Shown piece by piece: positions 13,171-25,751 of a DNA stretch of 64,000 nucleotides. The stretch comes from Octopus vulgaris. Its lineage: Eukaryota. The position numbers and the translations under genes were made by a program. Every line of letters starts with the position of its first letter. Within the stretch, counting starts at the first letter, position 1. The notes below the pieces were generated by a model that had not been told where the DNA came from, made no database searches, and worked only from the letters and a program-made list of their open reading frames with translations. The DNA lies in NCBI GenBank assembly GCA_951406725.2, contig OX597821.1, positions 81,902,001 to 81,966,000 of the forward strand, given 5' to 3'.

Positions 13171-13849
13171 TATATGTATATATATATATATATATATATG
13201 AATGTATGTATGTATGTATACATCTATGTATGTGTGTCTTTGTATCTGCATTTCTCCCCACCACTGCTTGATAACTGGTGTTGGTGTGTTTACATCCCTG
13301 TAACTTAGCAGTTCAGCAAAAGAGACCATTAGAATAAGTAGTAGGCTTAAGAAATCAGTCCTGGGGTCGATTTGTTTGACTAAAACCCTTCAAGGCAGTG
13401 CTCCAGCTTGGCCACAGTCAAATGACTGAAACAAGTAAAAGAGCAAAAGAATATATATATATAGTTAGTTTGAGGAAGTCATATCCTCATTAGGGATTAT
13501 ATAATCTAAGGTATTCCACTGGTTTAATCTCTATCATATAATGCGGAAGTCATTGGTGATTGGGATTATTGAAATTTTCAGTGTTGGGGGAAACAAATGC
13601 TTCAAAATTCCCATCAACTAGAAGAAAGACTGAAACATGAGTGTGGGTCCTTTTTTGATTTTATTTCTTGAGCTTTCAACTTGTAATTTCTTTGTACTGT
13701 TATGTTTTTAAAAAATGTCATCTTTTTGTAACATACAAATAAATTATTAATTACATCCATTTATTCTCTGTTTTCTTCATCTTGTTATATATATATATAT
13801 ATATATACATTTGTATATATATATACATATGTATATATATATATATACA

Positions 13850-14150
13850 TAACGGGAAACTTTACGAAAATAAACAAAAGACGAAGGCAGGTGGAGTACA
13901 AACAAACAATTGTATTAGTATGGCGCTCAGGAATAGAAATAAAACAAGTCTTTTACGTTTCGAGCCTACGCTCTTCGACAGAAAGATACACAGAAAAGAA
14001 ACACGGAGAGAAACAAGGAGAGAAAAAAAATGCATACAGGAGCTAACGATTCAACATGGCGGTCTGATTTCGGCCAGAAGTCAGAGATCAGACGTTAGAC
14101 GCAAGAGGGATAGTAGGGGAGATAACAGGGTCAAATGACCTCGCCCCAAC
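13850..14150 (-). mobile_element. Penelope-like terminal repeat fragment with degenerate minimal hammerhead core
   Basis: Minus strand 13981-13956 reads CTGTCGAAGAGCGTAGGCTCGAAACG (CUGANGA-like core, stem GAGC/GCTC, GAAA); begins next to a (TA)n tract. Confidence 0.55.
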
Positions 14151-15099
14151 ATAAGGGTGCGTGTGTGTATGAGAGAGTATGTATGTGCGTATGAAAGGTC
14201 TGGACGTGTGTATGTATGTATGATGTGATGTGTAATGTCGTATGGTGTAGTGTAGTGTGGTGTGATGTGGGGAGGTGGGGAAAGCCCATATATATACAGT
14301 ATATACATATATACACAGAGGTATAGATATTTAAAAAAATTTCACTTGGCTGATATAATTGGATTTATTTCCCTTGCCTATAGTTTTAGATTTTAAAGAA
14401 CCATAGAGGAAGTTTTTGCTTATTAATTGCATAGATAACCTTGGTTAACCAAAGCTTTTTAAACCAGTATATTATATTGAAGATCCAGCCGAATGTACAT
14501 TTATGCTGCAAAATACTCTTTTTGCGGTACTTTAATACAATCCCTGAAACCCTCACAGTCAGTGAATATGACACAAAGGGTGTGTCTAATGGCCACAGCA
14601 ACTGGCTATAAGTTCACTCATGTGGAAAACAAGACGTAATGCTGCTTGTTTTCTGAGAACAGAAGGTAACATCTTGTTAGCAAGGTAACAAAATCTCTCA
14701 TCGGTGCTCATGCACCTGGCTTTTTGACTGTTTTTTTAAGCATTGAATTGTTGTTGTTGTTAATGGTTGTGGTTGTTATCTAAGCTAGTGTTATTGAAGT
14801 TGGTGGTGGTTATATAACTGTAGCTGTTGTTGTTGTTATTGTAAGTTGTTGTTGTAGTTGTTTTGTTAGTGTTTTGCAGCTCCACTTGTTATTGGGGTTT
14901 TGCTATTTTGCTATTCATGTTGCCATTTCTAGCAGCTCAAACAACAATATGAGGCATTCTGTCAATATTATTGTTAGAGTAGTTTTAAATGATGTTATTG
15001 TTGTGATAGTTACTGTTGTTGCTATACATAATATTCTTATTCAATGTTGTTTGTTATATTTACACCATTTATCTAATTTTGTTACTTACTTTTGTTTTT

Positions 15100-15790
15100 A
15101 TGTATATCCTCACCTATGGACATGAATGTTGGATAATGACCAAAAGAAAGAGTACAACTGTGAATACAAGTGGTCAAAATGGGGTACCTCTAAAGAGGTG
15201 ATTCTCAAAAGGGGTCCATCTGTCCCCTGAGGGTTCATATAAAATTTTTAGGGATCCATGCAAGCAAAATAGTAAATTGAGGACCCACAATGGTATTTTA
15301 AGGGACTATGAAAAATTTTGCTTTAAATGTATTTCTTGCTAGAAACAGCTAGATTTCTTTCCCTAACTTTTACAACCTGTACACAAGTTAATGTGTGAAA
15401 AACAAAATGGCAATTTTGAAAGAAGTATCTATAAATTTAGTTTTTAAGCACTGAATGGCGATGGGGGTCCACCAAAATGGAATAGTAATCAAAGGAAGGG
15501 TCCATCGATAAAAAATGATTGAAAACCACTGCTCCAATGGATCCTTGGAGTAATGTTGACAGGGTGTGCAGTTTGGAAATCAGGGAGTCTTTCCAGGTTA
15601 AGCCACTACTTCTATGCTTTGAGATATCACAGCCCTGATACTAGAAACATGCCAGGAAAGAACAAAAGCAAAACTGATTTGTCAAGTTGGTCCAATTGAT
15701 AGGAGACCAAGAGGTAGACCAAGAGTAAGATGGTGGGACAGTATCCATAGTCACAGTTATTTCCTTGCTTTGATATTTGATTGTAGAAGG
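15100..15790 (+). mobile_element. old RTE LINE fragment interrupted by a hAT MITE
   Basis: YILTYGHECWIMT before the MITE and DRVCSLEIRESFQVKPLLL after it, both RTE C-terminal-like. Confidence 0.6.
15196..15531. mobile_element. hAT (Charlie-like) MITE
   Basis: Termini AGGTGATTCTCAA...TTGAAAACCACTG resemble a CAGTGGTTCTCAA TIR; degenerate 8-bp TSD CTCTAAAG (15188-15195) / CTCCAATG (15532-15539). Confidence 0.65.
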
Positions 15791-15894
15791 ATCTGTAGTT
15801 GTTATATCTTCCTATGAATGGATTCATTTATGTCATCAAACTCTTATAAACTTGTATCATTTGATATGCGCAGTATTTAAATATTGTACTTTTT

Positions 15895-16254
15895 ACGTTG
15901 GCACATAAAAAGCACGATTCAAGCATGATCGTTACCAGTGTTGCCTTACTGGCACTTGTGCTGGTGACACGTGAAAAACATTTGAGCAAGGTCATTGCCA
16001 GTGCCACTGGACTGGCTCCTGTGCAGGTGGCATGTAAAAAACATCATTTGAGCATTGCCATTGCCAGTACCCCCTGACTGGCCCTCGTACTTGTGGCACA
16101 TTAAAATAACCACTACACTCTCAGAGTGGTTGGCATTAGGAAGCGCATCCAGCTGTAGAAACTCTGCCATCTCAGAGCCTGGTGCAGCCATCTGGTTCGC
16201 CAGTCCTCAGTCAAATCGTCCAACCCATGCTAGCATGGAAAGCGGACTTTAAAC

Positions 16255-16290
<36 letters not shown>
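15895..16290 (+). mobile_element. RTE 3' tail copy with modular internal repeats and (GAT)n tail
   Basis: Same family as 5283, opposite orientation. Further copies at about 17370-17660, 31695-31859, 43168-43334, 47782-48026, 49195-49591, 55840-56053, 57258-57545 (+) and 59139-59370 (-). Confidence 0.85.
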
Positions 16291-16291
<1 letters not shown>

Positions 16292-16627
16292 AAATATTTA
16301 ATATTTAAATGTGTGTGTGTGTGTGTGTTTATATATGTATTTATAAATACACATGTGCTGACTTGAGCACACAAACATAAACAAGTTAGAAATACAACTA
16401 TATCAGTAACAGTTGAAAAAGGAATAAAAAAGAAGTTAAGTAAACAGAGATAACCTAAATGTAGGAGATTTTTCAGATTCCTGAAGATAAGTGTGCCATG
16501 ACCATTAGGCGAGAGAGAGAGAGAGAGAGAGACAGAGAGAGAGAGCAAGAGAGAGCAAGAGAGAGAAATGGAAATGTGTGGAAAATTAAGTCCAGAATAA
16601 TAATATATATGTAAAATTAAGTAATTA

Positions 16628-16697
<70 letters not shown>

Positions 16698-16757
16698 TGT
16701 ATATAACACATTAACAATTACATAGGGATATAATGATATTTTGTATAAATAATAAAA

Positions 16758-16806
<49 letters not shown>

Positions 16807-17023
16807 CATCTATGTAAATGTTAATTTGTCACATAGAAATGTCAAACAAACAGAGTTAATTAGTTGGTGCTAAGTAATCAGAGGTTTTTGTTAATGGATG
16901 GTCAGTCTAATTGACTTCAGAGGAATGAAAATTGGAAGCCTTTTGACATCCTCAAGAGCATGAGAGGAATCACAAACCTGAAGGAATACCATTTTTTGTG
17001 CGTGTGTGGGTATTTACACATGC

Positions 17024-17368
17024 GACCGAGACCTTTGGTGATATAAAGGAGCACTCCGTCGGTTACGACGATGAGGGTCCCAGCTGATACAATCAACGGA
17101 ACAGCTTGCTCGTGGAATTAACATGCAAGTGGCTGAGCAATCCACAGACCCATGTACCCTTAACGTAGTTCTCAGGGAGATTCAGCGTGACACAGAGTAT
17201 GGCAAGGCTGGCCCTTTGAATTACTGGTACAACTCATTTTTGCCAGCTGAGTGGACTGGAGCAACGTGAAATAAAGTGTCTTGCTCAAGGACACAACGCA
17301 TCGCCGGGAATCGAACTCACGACCTTACGATCATCAGTCGAATGCCCTAACCACTAAGCCACGCATCT
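17024..17368 (-). mobile_element. tRNA-derived SINE family C
   Basis: Minus-strand head has A-box TGGCTTAGTGG and B-box GAGTTCGATTCC, then GTGTCCTTGAGCAAGACACTTT...CCAGTCCACTCAGCTG (resembles V/Meta-type central domains). Relatives at about 23340-23550, 37027-37325, 47010-47230 and 53464-53795. Confidence 0.8.
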
Positions 17369-18016
17369 TTGGTGATATACTGTGCTTGAGAAAACTCATT
17401 AAGCCAAGTGAAATTGTAGTCATGACCAATACTGGTGGTGTCAGGTAACTGGCGCCCATGGCAGTGGTATGTAAAAGTACCGATTACATTCTTGGAGTGG
17501 TTGGCGTTAGGAAGGACAGCCTGCTGTAACAACTATACCAAATGAGACTGGAACTTGGTGCAGCTCTCCGGCTTACCAGTTCCAGTCAAACTGTCAAACC
17601 CATGCCAGCATGGAAAGTAGATGCTAAATGATGACAATGATGATGATGACGACGACGATACATGTGTGTGTGTGTGTGTACATATATATACATACATATA
17701 TATATAATATATATATATATATAATTTTAAATTAGTAATAGAAGGTAAAATTTATTAATCAAATTAATTAAATAATTAATTAACAATTTTACCAAGTAGA
17801 TCAGTACGTTAAAATAACCTTTATAGGTAAAATTATCCACGTAATTATAATTAGGGTTCAACTAAATGCTTCACCACAGACCGAAATTAGAAATAGGAGT
17901 TAAAATTTCCTTTTCTGCTCTTTAAGAATCTCCATGACGGTACACATACTTTTTTATGAAGGCAAAGAGAAAAAACAAGGAATCAACATGACCAGGATTA
18001 ATTATATATATATATG

Positions 18017-18058
<42 letters not shown>

Positions 18059-18309
18059 AGCCTCAGATACCTCCATGTCTAACTTGAGCTAGCAGAGAAA
18101 AACTGACATTAAATAAGTGAACAAGCACCACACAGTTTATATTGTAATATAGCCTTTCCAATGAGAATAACAGGAATAAGTAAATCAGATATGACTGGGA
18201 ATAGAACCTACATCTCAGGCTCAGTTTACCAATATTACTTTATATACCACACCCTACATAATTTATAGTGTAGTATATTTTATTCGCATTGCCAAAGTTT
18301 AGGTCATTT

Positions 18310-19293
18310 TTTCAATATATTTGGTAAATAAATCTTTTTATTTCCCCAAGGCCTTCTCAAATTTTTTTGCATAAACTTGTATTGTTAGAGAAAAAACACA
18401 AACAATTTTGCAAGACTAGACAGATATTGCAGTGAGGTCCTGGAGTTTAAAATATTTGGACATACAACTGACTACTCTGGCATAGGTGATAAAATCCACC
18501 TCCTTATTTTTTTGTTAAGTTCCAACCCTCCATTCTGGTGTTGAATAATGAAGTTCTATCACAAAAAATTTTTGAAAGCAGTTCCACAGTTTCTTGGAAA
18601 CCAATCTCACTCGACTTCTTCGGCAGAAGTGAAGTTACAGTAGTGCTCATGTTCAGCAGGAGTAAAAGCCTGACTTTCTGCTCCTCTGACCATGACTTGC
18701 ACTCTTCGTTAAAAATTTCCTTGTATCTTCTATAACATGCAGGAAATGTGATACCCTCCTCCGGATTATATGTAAATTCAGAAATTACGTTAGCCATGCC
18801 TCCTGGCATAAACAAGATTACTGGACTTTTGGACTTTGCCAATAGCAACACAATTAATTGTTGTTGTTGTTGTAGTAGTATTTGGTTTTGTGACTCCTGT
18901 AGTTATTCCTGTTGCTTCTCTTGGAGCTGTACTCCTGCAGCTAATAGGTTTTCCATGACGCAGAAATGGTCAGATAACCAATGTGAGTTTCGAATGATCC
19001 TTGTCGCCAGATGTTATACCTTTATGGATAAACGAATACACTGCAACAGTGTAATAGCAATATTATTGAAACAAACGGCAGTAACCACATGGAATGTAAC
19101 AACAATCTTTTAAGAACCAACAAGCCAACATGCTGACTCGAACTTTAGATTTTGAACTCCAACTTTAAACTACCAACACACAACCTGTAGAACTAGCACT
19201 AACTTTCTCACTCACTCAGACCGCTACTATTTATATGTAGTGGTCCAGTCCATTCTTGCCAGGGGGGGGGGGGCATTGTACCCTCAAACAACA
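18310..19293 (-). mobile_element. Gypsy LTR retrotransposon 5' fragment: LTR, PBS and decayed gag
   Basis: LTR 19293-19012 (TGTTG...TAACA, internal TATAAATA); PBS TGGCGACAAGGAT at 19009-18997, close to the complement of a tRNA-Ser(GCU) 3' end; gag from ATG 18956 with FTYNPEEGITF...YRRY...KVRLLL, containing stops and frameshifts. Confidence 0.8.
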
Positions 19294-19318
19294 CATACAT
19301 ACACACACACATATACAG

Positions 19319-19994
19319 CTGAAGATCAGTGAAAAAGAGAATATCTAAGCTGAACTATTGAGAAATCTGCAGTTATTCTATCCAGATTACAAGTTCAGGT
19401 CTATACCTGTAATTATTGGGGTCCTGGGATATGTAACACACTATCTAAATACCAATCTAGAGAAATTAGGCTTCTGAAAACCAGAAAGGAGAAAGCTAAT
19501 TCAAAGACTAGAGATCCAAGCCATCATTGGAACTGTAAAAATCTGTAAAACTTTCCAGAAGTTTATCATTTAAATATATATGAGCATGTCTAGACATGCA
19601 ACTATATGCATCAGAAGACATACATAAAACAAAGCATACAAATCTGCACACATACATAGATACATAGATACATAGATACATACATACAAACAAAAATACT
19701 CTGTTGTTGATGTTGAAATTCCAATGAAGGCGCCTTGGATCTGGGTTAGAATCCGGTTCTTTCTCTATTACTCTTTTACTCTTTTACTTGTTTCAGTCAT
19801 TTGACTATGGCCATGCTGGAGCACTGCCTTTAGTCGAGCAAATCGACCCCAGGACTTATTCTTTGTAAGCCTAGTACTTATTCTATCAGTCTCTTTTGCC
19901 AAACCGCTAAGTTACGGGGTCATAAACACACCAGCATCAGGTGTCAAGTGATGTTGGGGGGGACAAACTCAGACACACAAACATATACACACAC

Positions 19995-20049
<55 letters not shown>

Positions 20050-20416
20050 TACGACGGGCTTCTTTCAGTTTCCGTCTACCAAATCCACTCACAAGGCTCT
20101 GGTCGGCCTTTTGTATGTTTGTATGTATTGACACCTACTGCTGTAGAATCACTGGAGCATTGTTCACGTTTTGATTTCATATCCTACCATATTTAATCTT
20201 GCTTCTCATCCTAATTGGATCTCTGAAATAATAAATCCAGTGACTTACGGGGGCTGGATATACAAATAATAGTGTCTTCTATTAAGAAGACACTTGCCCA
20301 AGGAGCCAAGCAGCGGGACTGAACCTGGAACCACGTGGCTGGTAAGCAAGCTACTTACCACACACCAACTCCTACGTCTATTGGCAAAAAATCTTGAATT
20401 AAAGCTGAACAATGGC
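19319..20416 (+). mobile_element. RLE-type (R4/Dong-like) LINE 3' end, interrupted by a SINE
   Basis: 19319-19573 translates LKISEKENI*AELLRNLQLFYPDYKFRSIPVIIGVLGYV...LEKLGF...QAIIGTVKICKTF, an RLE C-terminus pattern. The 3' UTR resumes at about 20377 and matches the copy at 61055-61635. Confidence 0.7.
19770..20378 (-). mobile_element. tRNA-derived SINE family A copy carrying an internal inverted insertion
   Basis: Matches 46045-46462 over 19770-20108 and about 20285-20378. Confidence 0.85.
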
Positions 20417-20841
20417 ATACATACATACATACGTACCTACATACATACATACGTACATACATACATGTATTGAATCACGTAACGCCATAAACATAGATTT
20501 GTTTATTGTTGTTTCTTTTGATATCTTCTGTTCAATGTCTTCATACTGGGACGTCCTTCCTAAAGTTACCCACTCAACTAAAGCAAGTTGTGTACTGTTA
20601 GGTGTTGTTGCTCAAAGGTGTCACACAGTGACAATGGTGACTTCTTGATACAGACACAATCTCATTCATTTCAGAAGAAAGCATTATTTGTATATCCAGC
20701 CCCCGTAAGTCACTGGATTTATTATTTCAGAGATCCAATTAGGATGAGAAGCAAGATTAAATATGGTAGGATATGAAATCAAAACGTGAACAATGCTCCA
20801 GTGATTCTACAGCAGTAGGTGTCAATACATACAAACATACA
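20112..20841. repeat. perfect 159-bp inverted repeat (arms 20112-20270 and 20683-20841)
   Basis: The arms read as exact reverse complements. Confidence 0.9.
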
Positions 20842-20844
20842 TAC

Positions 20845-20845
20845 A

Positions 20846-20887
<42 letters not shown>

Positions 20888-20935
20888 GCTACTACTACTA
20901 CTACCACTACTACTACTACTACCACCACCACCACC

Positions 20936-20970
<35 letters not shown>

Positions 20971-20979
20971 CATCACCAG

Positions 20980-21045
<66 letters not shown>

Positions 21046-21066
21046 CATCACCAGCACCACCACCAC
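20845..21066. repeat. compound (TAC)n/(CAC)n microsatellite
   Basis: Direct reading; the CATCACCAGCACCACCAC interruption occurs twice. Confidence 0.95.
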
Positions 21067-22369
21067 TTTTCATGTGAAATAGAGCATTTTCCTGATGAAT
21101 GTGATTTAAATGAATGTTTCTTTCTATGGTAAAACCTTTACATGAATCATTCTCTCCTCAAAAATGCTCTGTTTAACATAAAACTATTAATAGTTGTCAA
21201 CTATATTATCATAAATATGTTGGCTCTATATGTATGCAGAACTCGCATATTTTTCATAGAGTCACCTGGTAGACGATTAACATGAAGGAGATAATCGTTT
21301 CTTCATTTTGAATTTGAAATTAAGGAATACAGAAAGAAATGTAATGAAAATACATGTTTAATGTCTATTCTTTTTAAGTTGTTAAATGATTCTCAAAATT
21401 TCTAGTCAGTGGCAACTATACTCAGAACTATTTCATTCTTTTTTGAAATCATCTGCATGACATAATCCAAAGTAAGCAAATTAAACATTTTTTATGAAGG
21501 TAGGCATTTCCTATGGACAGAGAACAATTACAGTCACAAAGAAATTCATCGAATGTGTGTTTTCTTTTCTTTTTCTTCATACATTATTATATATCATTTG
21601 CTTTTACTTCAATTTTTCCAACCTAGCATGGGTTTGATGAATATGTATTATTGAATTATGATTTTGCTGTTGGATGCCTTTCCAATTGTCAACTCTTACT
21701 TGTTTTTCAAGTGAGTAATTTATTGTCTGGGGAATGACGGTAAACTTCACTGTTTGTAACTCAGTGGCTTTTCCTGCAAAGCATGCAAAAAGGGAAAAAT
21801 TCCCACATACACACATGACAGGTTTTGTATAGTTTTCTTCTACTAAATTGACTTGCAAGGCGTTGATCAACGCAGGGCTACAGTAGAAGACACTTGAACA
21901 AAGTGCTAAGCAGTGGAATTGAACCTGAAACACATGGTAAAGAAGATTGCTTCAGAACCACATAGCTTGGAATTCAGTCCCATTGCTTGGACACTGTCAG
22001 TCACTGTCTTCTACAATAGCTGTGGAGTGATCAACTCCTTCTGTGTAAAATTGGCAGATGGAAATTAGAAGAAACTTGTGTATGTGCATGTGTGTGTATA
22101 TATGTATGCATATGTATATGTGAATGTGAGTGTGTGTGTGTGTGTGAGTGCATGCATGCATGTGCATGATTGGGTGCATGTTGCTCTTCATGTTGACTTG
22201 TGAACAAATTATAAACAAATGCTACACCATTCACACAAACAGAGCCATTTGTTTGCAGCCCTCTGTAAAAGCATGTTCAGGCTATTTGTTCTTTGAAGGA
22301 CAAGAGTAAGTAAATATTGCCTTGCTTGAAAGCAGTTGGTGTGAGGAAGGGCACCTGACCATCGAAAAT

Positions 22370-22587
22370 TCTTTTCTACTCTAGGCACAAGGCCTGAAAT
22401 TTTGGGAGAGGGGGGGGCAGTCAATTAGATTGACCTCAGTATGCAACTGGTACTTAATTTATCGACCCCAAAAAGATGAAGGGCAAAGTCAACCTAGGCG
22501 GAATTTGAACTCAGAATGTAAAGATAGACGAAATACCACTAAGCATTTCGCCTGGCATGCCAACGTTTCTGCCAGCTCATTGCCCTT
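22370..22587 (-). mobile_element. SINE family B copy
   Basis: Reverse complement closely matches 58245-58447 and the head of 42896-43111. Confidence 0.8.
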
Positions 22588-23125
22588 TTCACAGTTGATA
22601 ATATCAAAATCAAACATCTCTTATTCCCCATAACCCAATCACAGATACAACATCGTACTATATCATTGATAATCTATGGTATCAGTAGGAATATCAATGG
22701 AATGTTATGGTGCATAGCACATTGGGCAAGTGTCTTCTGCTATAGCCTTGGACCAACCAGTGCTTTGTGAGTGAATTTGATAGATAGAAACTGTGTGGAA
22801 TCCTGTAGTATATGTGTGTGTATGTATGTATACTGTATGTATGTGTGTGATATCTTGACTTGTGTGTGACATAGATTTAAATGAGGGAGGGTTGTGCAAT
22901 GTCATCTGCCTCACTCTCTTGCCTCTTCCTATCTTGGCGGAATTTGAACTCAGAACGTAAACACAGATGAAATACTGCTAAGCATTTCATCCAGTGTGCT
23001 AACATTTGTGCCAGCTCGCCACCTTATAGCCATAGAAAATTCTGCCTCAACAAAGTCTCACGTGACCCAGGCAAGCATGGAAAACAAGACAGTAATGTGA
23101 TGATGATGATGATGATGATGATGAC

Positions 23126-23177
<52 letters not shown>

Positions 23178-25524
23178 ATGATGATGAAAGCTGAAAAATT
23201 TCATTTAACTGAGATTATTCTTGTTATAGCCAAAGCCATCAGTTGCAAGTAAGAATTATTTGGGTAACATATGTACCATGCTTTTACTGATAGTATTAAT
23301 TGTTTATGTAGTTGTTAGCAGACATGGACACCTTCTTGACCACTCACTCTTTGACCAGTGGATATTGAGTATGTGTTGATGTGGCTGCACCAGCAAACAC
23401 TAGCCTGGTACTAGGTTGGTACTAAATTTTAACTGAGTAGGCTGGAACACTGTGAAATGAAGTGCCTTGCTCAAGGACACAGTGTTGCTCAATCCTGGAA
23501 TCAAACACATGACTTTTTGGTTGTAAGCTCAACACCTCAACCACTAAGCTTCACACACACACATACATACACACGCATGCACACACACGCATGCACACAT
23601 GCTCGTATACACTCACACGCATACACACAAACACACACATGCACACATACACATGCAAATACGCAGGCACACATGTACAGACTCCATACTTGCACACACA
23701 TATCTTTATAAGAATAGGTAGATAGCTAAATAGATAGCTAGAGAGACAGACAGACAGATAAATAAATAGATAAAGAGAGAGAGGGAGAGAGAGAGAGAGA
23801 GAGAGAGCAAGAAATAAAGAGACAAATAAATAGACAGACAGACAGAAAGACGTGTACATGGAAAACCTAGGACAGTATTGTTACTCCCCCACCATAAATA
23901 TGGTAATAAGTCCTTTTTGATTATGTAAGATTATTCTGACAAATTCAAAGATGATGAAAAATATATGTTCAGCTCTATTTTCTTCCAATAGTCTTTAAAT
24001 CCAAGCACACAGTAGCAGCCATCAGACATCACACATTAGTCTCAGGTGAATGCCTCTGAAAAGCTTCTTGAAGTACTTATTAAGTGTCAGTTGAATAGCA
24101 GTTGAATAACAGTTGAGTAGCAGCGGAATAACAGTTGTGTGGTAGTTAGTTGGACTATAGCTAAATGGTAATTGGAAACGGAAGTTGTATTCACCACACT
24201 AGGTCTTTTATGTGGTTCCTTGACTGTTTTTGGCTTAAAAGAAGCCTCTTTCTCCCAACATGTGCTGTTTGTCACCTCCACTCCAGTTTCTTCCTCTGTG
24301 TGTGTGTTTGGAAGGAGAGGAGGTGCCTCCCTCTTGTGTTTTACATGTAAGGAAATAAAAAAAGACTTGTCTGCTAGGTTAGTGTTGGCTGGTGGTTTCT
24401 TAGGTGGTTTACCGAAGGTAGTAACTAATAAAAAATAATGTGTATGTGTGTGAAGAGAAGGAGGAGGGGAAGAGGAGAAAGTTAATGAAGGGTTTTAACT
24501 GCTTGAAATGATAACAGCAGTTGTATTGTGTGTTTGGGTGTGTCTAGTGGTTGTAGTGTTCATGAATGGGGTGGTAGTGTTTGTTGTTTTTTAACCCCAG
24601 AATCAGCTCTGATACAGTAACCCTATGATTAAAGACATTCCGACCATGATCATCCCTTTGTTTCCAGGTATCGTGTACCCATGCTGTATTATTCGCTATG
24701 CCTTTTATTTTTCTTTAAGATGTAATTTGAGGGTGTTTTAGCTACTGCTTACATGTTCAGAAACCATGTCAAGGTTCCCTCATTTACTCGTGGGGTGGTG
24801 TAGGTCTAAATATAAATCTGTTGCACATTGTCAATAAATAAACGAAGGGTTCTAAAGCATTTGTTTTACCCAGAGACTTACAATGCTGTGGGGTGGTCAT
24901 GTCAGGGTTGAATGTGTTGGTGACTGAGACGATCATGGCTGCTGTGGTGGTGACAGTAGTAGTAGTAGTAGTGATGGTGGTGGTGGTAGTAGAAGTAACA
25001 GTAGTTGTGTCGGTGGTGGTAGTGGTGGTGGTAGTGTTGGTAGTAGTAGCTGGTGTAGTAATAGTAGCAGTGATGGTGGTAGTGGTAGTAGAAGTAATAG
25101 TAGTCATAATGGTAATGGTTTTGGTGGTGGTGGTGGTAGTAATAGTAGTAGTAGTAGTTAGGAAGGAGGGAAAGATGAAGATAAAAACCACATCTTGAAT
25201 TATCAGCTATTTTTGGGAGTAGCGAGGGTGGAGTAAATTGAAGCAATTATTTTGTAGACTCTATTGAGAATCTTGGTTCTTCAGAGATTTTTCAAGGGAG
25301 AAGGAAAATATAATTCACCCACCCTTTAGCTACAAATATTATCACTGAAACATTTCCAGGTGCAGGCATGGGTGTGTGGTTAAGAAGCTTGTTTTGAATC
25401 AATGTGGTTTTGGTTTCAGTTCCACTGCACGGCACCTTGAGTGCATTCTACTTTCACCCCAGGTGGACCAATGCCTTGTAAGTGAATTTGGTAGACAGAA
25501 ACTGTGTGGAAATCCATTGCATAA

Positions 25525-25738
25525 ATGTGTACCTCGTGTGTACCGTTGGCGATTTTTTTTCCTCTGTCTTCCCTTCTCTGGATCTTTCCTTCTCCTATGT
25601 TTCCGACGAAGAGCTCCACTCGAAACGTTAAACCCTCCTTCTTTCTTTCTTTCCTGAGCATCCAATAATACTATATTTGTTCCACATCCTCGCGTTCTTG
25701 TGTTTTTTCTTGTGTTTTCTTGTTTGGATTAACTTTAT
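25525..25738 (+). mobile_element. Penelope-like terminal repeat fragment with degenerate hammerhead core
   Basis: CCGACGAAGAGCTCCACTCGAAACG at 25603-25627, then TTCCTGAGC...AATAC, the same layout as 13850-14150; ends at (TA)n. Confidence 0.55.
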
Positions 25739-25751
25739 ATATATATATATG

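Noticed and set aside
17280-17368. tRNA-like A and B boxes as a possible tRNA gene (also 40160-40235)
   Set aside because: They run directly into SINE bodies repeated many times in the window, so they are SINE heads.
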